Positions 57,755-64,000 of a stretch of 64,000 nt of DNA are shown here, piece by piece. Within the stretch, counting starts at the first letter, position 1, and each line of letters opens with the position of its first letter. Below the pieces are notes generated by a model. The model did no database searches. It worked only from the letters and a program-made list of their open reading frames with translations, and was not told the origin of the DNA. This DNA comes from Candidatus Omnitrophota bacterium (lineage in GTDB: Bacteria; Omnitrophota; Gorgyraeia; JAFGHF01): the NCBI GenBank assembly GCA_020341815.1, contig CP070837.1:1300575-1364574 (forward strand), given 5' to 3'. Position numbers and translations under genes: made by a program.

Positions 57755-58798
57755 ATGTATAAGATAATTTTACTGGGATTGCTTATGGCATTTATAGCCC
57801 AACGAAGTTCTTTTGCCGATGAGAAAAAGGCCACTTTTGCCGGAGGGTGCTTCTGGTGCATGGAGCCGCCTTTTGAAGCCTTAAAAGGCGTAAGCGAAGT
57901 TACCTCAGGCTATATGGGCGGCACCAGGAAAAATCCCACATATGAAGAGGTTTCATCAGGCAAGACAGGGCACAGAGAGGTGGTTCAGGTTACTTATGAT
58001 GCCTCTAAAATAAGCTATACAGAGCTTCTGGATGTTTTTTGGAAGCAGATAGACCCGACTGATGCAAGCGGGCAATTCGCCGATCGCGGCTCACAATACA
58101 AAACCGCCATATTTTACCACGACCAGCAGCAGAGGCGCCTGGCGGAGGAGTCCAAAAGCAAACTCGAAGAGTCGGGAAAGTTTGAAAAACCAATCGTCAC
58201 CGAAATCCTAAAGGCCTCTACATTTTATCCGGCCGAAGAGTATCACCAGGACTATTATAAGAAATGCCCCTTCAAATACGATAGTTATAAAAAGGGCTCC
58301 GGCAGGGATGAGTTCATTAAGGAAAAATGGAGCGGTAAAGCCCCCGGTAATCCTAATGAGTATCGCAAGCCATCCGAGGCAGAGATCAAGGAAAAGCTTA
58401 CGCCTTTGGAATATCAGGTTACCCAGCAATGCGGCACAGAGCCGCCGTTTAACAATAAATACTGGGACAATAAAAAAGAAGGTATTTATGTAGATATTGT
58501 TTCCGGTGAGCCGCTGTTCAGCTCTCTGGATAAATTCGATTCCGGAACCGGCTGGCCCAGCTTTACCAGGCCGCTTGAGGCGGACAATGTCGTGAGGAAA
58601 GAAGACAGAAGGTTCTTCGGTATGCGCACCGAGGTAAGAAGCAAAGACGCCGATTCCCACCTGGGCCATGTATTTGATGACGGGCCCGAACCTACGGGCC
58701 TGCGTTACTGCATAAACTCCGCGGCCTTACGTTTTATACCGAAAGAGGATCTGGAAAAGGAAGGCTACGGGGAATATAAAAAGCTTTTTGAGAAATAG
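57755..58798 (+). CDS. msrAB: Bifunctional peptide methionine sulfoxide reductase MsrA-MsrB with an N-terminal signal/anchor.
   Basis: MsrA 'GGCFWCME' motif, MsrB 'RYCINSAAL' motif and a hydrophobic N-terminus. Confidence 0.8.
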   Translation: MYKIILLGLLMAFIAQRSSFADEKKATFAGGCFWCMEPPFEALKGVSEVTSGYMGGTRKNPTYEEVSSGKTGHREVVQVTYDASKISYTELLDVFWKQIDPTDASGQFADRGSQYKTAIFYHDQQQRRLAEESKSKLEESGKFEKPIVTEILKASTFYPAEEYHQDYYKKCPFKYDSYKKGSGRDEFIKEKWSGKAPGNPNEYRKPSEAEIKEKLTPLEYQVTQQCGTEPPFNNKYWDNKKEGIYVDIVSGEPLFSSLDKFDSGTGWPSFTRPLEADNVVRKEDRRFFGMRTEVRSKDADSHLGHVFDDGPEPTGLRYCINSAALRFIPKEDLEKEGYGEYKKLFEK

Positions 58799-58810
58799 CA
58801 GGAGGAAGTT

Positions 58811-60052
58811 ATGTCCGCAAAATTGAAGGTCAGGCAATTCGCTGCCGGCAGCTGCTATTCTTACATTTTGAATTGTCAATCCGAGGCGTTTATTATCGAT
58901 CCGCATATAAGCCTGCCGGAGGAATATATCGGCTATCTCGATAAGCACGGATTAACGCTTAAATATATAGTGGATACGCATACCCATGCGGACCATTTTT
59001 CTCTGGCGGCGATATTGAAGGAAAGATTCAAGGCGCCCGTATTGATGCACGAGAGGGCTATGTCCGAGGTGGCCGATAGACGCCTTAAAGAAGGCGATGA
59101 AATCTCTATCGGCCCAAAGCATTTTAAGATTTTGTATGCGCCCGGGCACACGGATGACACCATAAATATTTACGGAGAAGGCATGATTTTTACCGCCGAT
59201 GTGCTTTTGATAGGCAGCGTGGGGCGCACCGACTTCCAGAACGGCTCGCCGGAATCGATGTTCGATACCCTGGAGAAATTAAGGGCCCTTCCCGATGAGA
59301 CGATAGTATTTCCCGTGCACGACTATAACGGCAGGAAATCCTCTACTATCGGCAGGGAAAAGGCGCGCAACCCCTTTATGCGCGAAAGAAATAAAGAGGC
59401 CTTTGTGCGTAATGCCCGCTCAAAAAAGCTACCCAAACCCTTCAATATCGATAACATCATCAGGGTAAATCAGAAAGGGCAGGCCAGGACTCTGGAGATG
59501 GTTTCTCCCAAAGAAGCTCAAGAGGTTATTTTGCGGGATGAGCAGGTTAAGCTGCTGGATGTGCGTTCTCCTCTGGAGTTTCATGAGGTCCACATCAAGG
59601 ATTCGCTTAATGTGCCCATAGATACCATAGGCCTTAAACTGAAAGACCTGAGTGAGTCCGGAAAGAGTTATATAGTGCTCTGCCGCACCGGAAACCGCTC
59701 ACCCATGGCCGCAGATATGCTATTGCAATCCGGTCTTCATACGGTAAAAGTTATGCAAGGGGGCATGACGCGCTGGCAGAAGGAAAGGCTCCCCGTTATA
59801 AAGGGAGAAGGTGGCGTGTCTCTGGAGCGGCAGGTCAGATTTACTGCAGGCGCTGTAGTGCTTTTTGGCATAATAATGAGCTGGTTTGTAAACAGGGCCT
59901 TTATCTGGATTCCCATAGGCGTCTCCTGCGGGCTTATCTTTTCCGGATTGAGCGACAATTGCCTTCTGAGCGCGTTGTTGATGAGGCTCCCCTACAATAA
60001 AAAATTATATAAGACCAAAACAGGGGGCGGCACCTGCTCCATCAGTCAGTAA
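58811..60052 (+). CDS. Metallo-beta-lactamase-fold (persulfide-dioxygenase-like) - rhodanese - DUF2892 (YgaP-like membrane tail) fusion protein.
   Basis: 'HTHADHF' MBL motif, rhodanese active site 'CRTGNRS' and a C-terminal two-TM tail. Confidence 0.6.
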   Translation: MSAKLKVRQFAAGSCYSYILNCQSEAFIIDPHISLPEEYIGYLDKHGLTLKYIVDTHTHADHFSLAAILKERFKAPVLMHERAMSEVADRRLKEGDEISIGPKHFKILYAPGHTDDTINIYGEGMIFTADVLLIGSVGRTDFQNGSPESMFDTLEKLRALPDETIVFPVHDYNGRKSSTIGREKARNPFMRERNKEAFVRNARSKKLPKPFNIDNIIRVNQKGQARTLEMVSPKEAQEVILRDEQVKLLDVRSPLEFHEVHIKDSLNVPIDTIGLKLKDLSESGKSYIVLCRTGNRSPMAADMLLQSGLHTVKVMQGGMTRWQKERLPVIKGEGGVSLERQVRFTAGAVVLFGIIMSWFVNRAFIWIPIGVSCGLIFSGLSDNCLLSALLMRLPYNKKLYKTKTGGGTCSISQ

Positions 60053-60086
60053 AAAAGTTTTTATTTAACCGGGGAGGGCTGAAGGA

Positions 60087-60716
60087 ATGAAAAAACTATT
60101 GCATATTATAGCTACCTGCCGGGGCAAGGAATCAAGGACCTTAAAGGTAAGCGATGCCTTTATTAAGGCCTTTAAGCTGAAGCATCCGGAGTGTAATATC
60201 GATGAGCTTAACTTGTTTGATGCAAAGCTGCCCGAGCTCACCGTAAAAAAATTGGACGGAAAGTATGTGCTTTTGGGCGGGGGTGAGCTTGCGGGAGAAT
60301 TAAAAGAGGCCTGGAAGGATATAGAGGCCCATATAGAGCGCTTCCTTGCGGCCGATATTTACTTAATCAGCACCCCGATGTGGAATTTCAACATCCCCTA
60401 TATCCTGAAGCATTATATTGATATAATAGTCCAGCCCAAATATCTTTTCCGATACACCCAAAAGGGCCCCGAGGGCCTGGCGAAGAATAAAAAGATGATT
60501 GTTATTACCAGCCGCGGCGGTGATTACAGCGAAAATAGCCCATTTCACGCCTATGACCTCCAGGAGCCTTATCTGCGCACCATATTCGGCTTTACGGGGA
60601 TTACCGATATCACCTTTGTTATTGCCCAGCCCATGGATGCACTTGGCCCTGAGGTAGCCGCTCAAAAGATTAAAGAGGCCGAAGGGCGCGCCGTAAAAGT
60701 AGCTCAAGAGATATGA
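60087..60716 (+). CDS. azoR: FMN-dependent NADH-azoreductase / flavodoxin-like quinone reductase.
   Basis: 'STPMWNFNIPYILKHYIDII' is the AzoR signature. Confidence 0.7.
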   Translation: MKKLLHIIATCRGKESRTLKVSDAFIKAFKLKHPECNIDELNLFDAKLPELTVKKLDGKYVLLGGGELAGELKEAWKDIEAHIERFLAADIYLISTPMWNFNIPYILKHYIDIIVQPKYLFRYTQKGPEGLAKNKKMIVITSRGGDYSENSPFHAYDLQEPYLRTIFGFTGITDITFVIAQPMDALGPEVAAQKIKEAEGRAVKVAQEI

Positions 60717-60728
60717 AGGAGGCGAGTT

Positions 60729-61001
60729 ATGAGCTCTAAAAAAAGCTTCACTGCCGAGGAAGCCAAAAAGATCGGAGAAAAGCTGGGGATAAAGTGGGAT
60801 AAGTTTGATGTGGAGCAATTCAGGCGGGGGATGGATGTGGAATTGGAGCACGGTTTGCATGATGTCTTAACAAATGTTACGGGAGATGACGCCTTAATCA
60901 CAGGTAAGATTGCCCTGGCCCATCTTAATGAGTTTCCCGATTATTATACCCGGCTTGATAAGATGGAAAAGGAAGCCGAGGAGTTCTGGGAAGGAAAATA
61001 A
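60729..61001 (+). CDS. Small hypothetical protein.
   Basis: 90-aa charged protein; no family recognised. Confidence 0.3.
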   Translation: MSSKKSFTAEEAKKIGEKLGIKWDKFDVEQFRRGMDVELEHGLHDVLTNVTGDDALITGKIALAHLNEFPDYYTRLDKMEKEAEEFWEGK

Positions 61002-61018
61002 AGAAAAGGAGCTAAGCC

Positions 61019-61504
61019 ATGACCAGAAAGAAAAAGGGTCAGTTTCCGGCAAAATGGGATCCCTTTATGAATGAGATGGCCTCGTTTAAGAAATCCATTG
61101 ACCAGGCCTTTGACAGTTTCTTCAAGCATCCCTTATTGGCTAAGATGCCTTCGGTATTCAAGGGCGCCTTTGGCGTCTGGAGGCCTGCGATCGATGTCTA
61201 TGAGACCGAAAGAGAAGTGGTGGTAAAGGCAAGCGTGCCCGGTTGCGACAAAAAGGCCATAAAGGTCGATGTAAAGAACAATCTGCTTACCATCACAGGC
61301 CAGAGAAAAGAAGAAAAAGAGATTAAAAAGAAAAACTTCTACCATAAAGAGCAGACTATGGGCGCTTTCCAGAGAAGCATAACCCTGCCCCAGAACATCA
61401 ATCCCGAGAAAGCCAAGGCCACATGCGAAAACGGAGTGCTCAAGATTGTCTTTCCCCGGACCAAGTCCCCCGGGGGAAAGGGAAAAAACATAGAAATCGA
61501 GTAA
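61019..61504 (+). CDS. Hsp20/alpha-crystallin small heat-shock protein.
   Basis: Alpha-crystallin domain ('WRPAIDVYETEREVVVKASVPG…TCENGVLKIVFP'). Confidence 0.8.
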   Translation: MTRKKKGQFPAKWDPFMNEMASFKKSIDQAFDSFFKHPLLAKMPSVFKGAFGVWRPAIDVYETEREVVVKASVPGCDKKAIKVDVKNNLLTITGQRKEEKEIKKKNFYHKEQTMGAFQRSITLPQNINPEKAKATCENGVLKIVFPRTKSPGGKGKNIEIE

Positions 61505-61522
61505 AATTCCAAAGGAGCGCAT

Positions 61523-62428
61523 ATGGGAGAAAAAAGGCCCTTAAATCCGGTTGAGGAATTAAGAAGAGATAAATTAGAGAAGCTAAAGAAGTGTTTTTCA
61601 GAGCTTGAAGGCTATAAGCGGAATAAGCTTACTTTACAGTATCCTGTCTTTTTCGTTCCCGGCTGGACATGCGAAGATTGCGCCGCATGGAAAAAGCCTT
61701 ATGAAAAAATTCCCAAAAAATACAAGGAATATTATAAACCCGCAAAATACTGGATAGATGAGATTATCGAGAATAAAGAGCAGGCTCATTTTATCGAATT
61801 TACGGATCAGGAAAGCAAGGATTCTCCGAGTTTCATGAAATTGGGAGAATATCTTAAGAAAAAATTAATAGCTATAACTCAAGAAAGGCCTATTAACCTG
61901 GTTGGACACAGTATGGGCGGTTTGGACATAAGGTCTGCTATTTCGGATGTTAAAGAGCCGGCTTTAAACACAAGGAATGTTATAACGGTAGGCACTCCCA
62001 ATAACGGAACTCTTGAGGCCGGACTGCTTAACTGGAAGTTTGTTCAAGATATGGTAAAAAAGTTTAAAAAAATGAAGGATTATCACATAATTCAGGGATG
62101 CAATCTCTATAGAGGAAGCAATCCCATAAGAGAGATTAACGAGCCTAAAGAGCGTCTTAATTTGCTGGAAAAAATTGACAAATTCTATGTTTTTATGGGT
62201 TTAAGAGACAGCACGGTCAAAAGCAGCCCCAAGCTGAAAAAAGACGGCATTTCGGAAGATTTATACGAAGAAAAGGTAAAAATAATTCAGACAGCCAGCG
62301 CCGAACATTCGGGCAAGGACGGAATAACCCAGGATCCGAGACTTTTTCTTCCTATAATTAAGATTTTGTGCGGCATCGAGCTAAAGGACGATTTCAATCA
62401 CGGGTATATTTACAGAAAAGAGACTTAA
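61523..62428 (+). CDS. Alpha/beta-hydrolase lipase/esterase-like protein.
   Basis: Nucleophile elbow 'GHSMGG' with an 'FFVPGW' N-terminal block. Confidence 0.45.
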   Translation: MGEKRPLNPVEELRRDKLEKLKKCFSELEGYKRNKLTLQYPVFFVPGWTCEDCAAWKKPYEKIPKKYKEYYKPAKYWIDEIIENKEQAHFIEFTDQESKDSPSFMKLGEYLKKKLIAITQERPINLVGHSMGGLDIRSAISDVKEPALNTRNVITVGTPNNGTLEAGLLNWKFVQDMVKKFKKMKDYHIIQGCNLYRGSNPIREINEPKERLNLLEKIDKFYVFMGLRDSTVKSSPKLKKDGISEDLYEEKVKIIQTASAEHSGKDGITQDPRLFLPIIKILCGIELKDDFNHGYIYRKET

Positions 62429-62442
62429 AGAAGGTTTTGAAT

Positions 62443-62994
62443 ATGGGCTATGAAGCTGCATTATCAAAAGGCTGGAGTGATGTAGAAAGCTTAAGCCAGG
62501 AAAAGACGCATCAGGTGCAGTTCTTAAATGATACTTATACGCTCAATGTTGAGGATAAGAGCATATTATCCGATGCCTGCAATATAGCGGCCAAGCCCTA
62601 TTTAAGTATCTTATTGCTGCATTATCTGGCCCAATCCCTGAAAGGCTTATCGTCAGTCAAAGGAGAATGGATTACATTTCAGCAATTAAGCGGGGGCCAG
62701 GCGTATTATCCTGTTTTCAGTAAAAGGGTAGTTGAACCGCTTATAGCCAAATACGGCAGTAATCCGCAAGCCTTGCTTGATGCGCTTAAGCCCTACAGGG
62801 CTGAACCTTCCGGGATGGCCGATGCCAGCGTTATCTTAAATGTCCTTGAAGGAGTGCCCATCCTTATTCAGCTCTGGGGCGGCGATGAGGAATTCAAGCC
62901 CAACGCCAATATGCTGTTCGATAAGAGCATAATGGATATTTTTCCCACCGAAGATGTAGTCATCCTGGCCGAAATCATAGTGCGGACTATTTAA
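62443..62994 (+). CDS. Hypothetical protein.
   Basis: ATG 62443; no recognisable motifs; 183 aa. Confidence 0.25.
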   Translation: MGYEAALSKGWSDVESLSQEKTHQVQFLNDTYTLNVEDKSILSDACNIAAKPYLSILLLHYLAQSLKGLSSVKGEWITFQQLSGGQAYYPVFSKRVVEPLIAKYGSNPQALLDALKPYRAEPSGMADASVILNVLEGVPILIQLWGGDEEFKPNANMLFDKSIMDIFPTEDVVILAEIIVRTI

Positions 62995-63323
62995 TGAGAA
63001 TTTGGGATATCCATCCGAAAAAATTATGCAGGAATCACCTTCTCGGTGAACATAGAGAGCTCCACGGCATTTGGGCAATCTTAACCAAACACAAAAAAGG
63101 ATATGCGCATCATCCGGAAACAAAAAGATGGCGCGGTAAGTTAAAGGCATTATATCTGCGCCATCAGGCCTTGGCCGTCGAAATGAATAAAAGGCGATAT
63201 GAGCATAACAGTCCCCTGGATAAAAAAATGGCAAAAGGCGCCTCTGCGCAAAATATATATCTTCATACCCCGAATAAACAGGTAAAAATATTACGTAATA
63301 AGAAGTGTAATTGTAAAATATAG
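62994..63323 (+). CDS. Pyrimidine-dimer DNA glycosylase-family (T4 endonuclease V-like) small protein.
   Basis: The N-terminus 'MRIWDIHPKKLCRNHLLGEHRELHGIW' matches the short bacterial Pyr_excise-type family pattern (MRxWxxHP…L…EHRE). Confidence 0.45.
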   Translation: MRIWDIHPKKLCRNHLLGEHRELHGIWAILTKHKKGYAHHPETKRWRGKLKALYLRHQALAVEMNKRRYEHNSPLDKKMAKGASAQNIYLHTPNKQVKILRNKKCNCKI

Positions 63324-63344
63324 ATAATAAGGGGGTGGGTTAAG

Positions 63345-63653
63345 ATGTTGGCAGAGTTCAGTATTATACCCGTTGGGGATGGGATATCTATCAGCTCCCA
63401 TGTGGCAAAGGTCGCAAAGATTATAGATGAAAGCGGCCTGAATTATCGCATCAACCCTATGGCTACGGTGGTGGAAGGTGAGATTGATGAGGTCTTTTCC
63501 CTGATTAAGAAGTGCCATCAAAGAATGATGCAGGATGTGCAGAGGGTCTCAATCAGCATCACCATCGACGACCGCAAGGATAAAAAATCACCCCGTATGG
63601 ATAAGAAACTGGCCTCGGTTGAAGAAAAAATAGGGAAGAGCCTTAGAAAATAG
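63345..63653 (+). CDS. MTH1187/YkoF-family (UPF0045) ligand-binding protein.
   Basis: 'MLAEFSIIPVGDGISISSHVAKVAKIIDESGLNYRINPMATVVEGE' matches the family N-terminus. Confidence 0.6.
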   Translation: MLAEFSIIPVGDGISISSHVAKVAKIIDESGLNYRINPMATVVEGEIDEVFSLIKKCHQRMMQDVQRVSISITIDDRKDKKSPRMDKKLASVEEKIGKSLRK

Positions 63654-63661
63654 AAAACATA

Positions 63662-63809
63662 TTGACCTGATTAGGATTGCATGATATATTAATATCAATA
63701 ATAATAAAGTGGTGAGTTTGAAGGGGGAACCTCCACATATCCGCCAGAGGCGGATCAGCTTCAGGCTGAAAATAAGTAAAACCTTCGCTGAATAAGCGGA
63801 GGTTTTTTT
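63662..63809 (+). ncRNA. Candidate small RNA or cis-regulatory leader, promoter to intrinsic terminator (~120-150 nt), class unknown.
   Basis: The -35 TTGACC (63662-67), a 17-bp spacer and the -10 TATATT (63685-90). Internal hairpins (GGTGAGTTTGAAGGGGGAACCTCCAC; CCGCCAGAGGCGG). Terminator AACCTTCGC…GCGGAGGTT plus a T7 run (63780-63809). The ORF6N gene's RBS and ATG follow immediately. Confidence 0.3.
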
Positions 63810-63827
63810 GTTTAAAAGGAGGGATAA

Positions 63828-64000
63828 ATGAAAACATTAGTCAGGCAAGCTACAATTGAGAAAAAAATATTTTTGATAAGAAATCACAGAGTCATGATAG
63901 ATAGAGATTTAGCAGAAGTTTATGGTGTTCCAACTAAAGCTTTAAATCAAGCGGTTAAAAGAAATATAAAGAGATTTCCCGACGATTTTATGTTTAGTTT
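63828..64000 (+). CDS. ORF6N/KilA-N-like domain protein (3'-truncated by the window end).
   Basis: 'IFLIRNHRVMIDRDLAEVYGVPTKALNQAVKRNIKRFPDDFMF' matches the ORF6N domain consensus. Confidence 0.55.
   Translation, partial: MKTLVRQATIEKKIFLIRNHRVMIDRDLAEVYGVPTKALNQAVKRNIKRFPDDFMFS

Overview
This 64-kb window is a gene-dense chromosomal stretch from a diderm (outer-membrane-bearing) bacterium whose lineage cannot be named from the sequence. It is probably an uncultivated lineage, and it combines Lpt/Lol/Mla/Bam envelope genes with a Firmicute-like mcsA-mcsB-clpC module. Almost all genes are on the + strand and are tightly packed, often with overlapping ATGA or GTGA stop/start junctions.

Recognisable content:
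- **Glycan locus at the 5' end:** a glycoside hydrolase, a giant TPR/beta-barrel protein, a GH94 phosphorylase and a PilZ-ROK regulator.
- **Envelope biogenesis:** bioY, bamD, lptE-holA, rpsT/murJ, lnt, plsC-like, lolCD, mlaEFD, lptFG and uppP.
- **Information processing:** uvrC, prfB with its classic +1 frameshift, secA, lysS, radA, rluB and rlmB.
- **Central metabolism:** pfkA with an aldolase-like gene, ilvE, mgtE and a purF-like gene.
- **Stress and redox:** msrAB, an MBL-rhodanese fusion, azoR and hsp20.
- **Candidate beta-lysine operon:** a lysine-2,3-aminomutase followed by two ATP-grasp ligases, preceded by a terminator/antiterminator leader.
- **3' end:** a pyrimidine-dimer glycosylase-like gene, an MTH1187/YkoF-family gene and a 3'-truncated ORF6N gene.

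Features not explained by the gene list:
1. A family of at least six MITE/REP-like elements with conserved ~16-bp inverted termini (TGAACCCCGCCCTTCC ... GGAAGGGCGGGGTGAAG). They fill intergenic gaps exactly, and their 3' end supplies the SD-like sequence and GTG start codon of the downstream gene (bioY, lptE, uvrC, lptG, lptF). One copy sits in-frame inside murJ.
2. A horizontally acquired low-GC islet after uvrC, joined to a chimeric ogt/uvrC fragment at an ATTGAC microhomology.
3. A 9-bp-periodic CAGTG/CACTG repeat array between pfkA and the aldolase-like gene.
4. A recurring hairpin plus GTGCTCATTAAA motif at three gene starts.
5. A promoter-to-terminator small-RNA or leader candidate upstream of the ORF6N gene.
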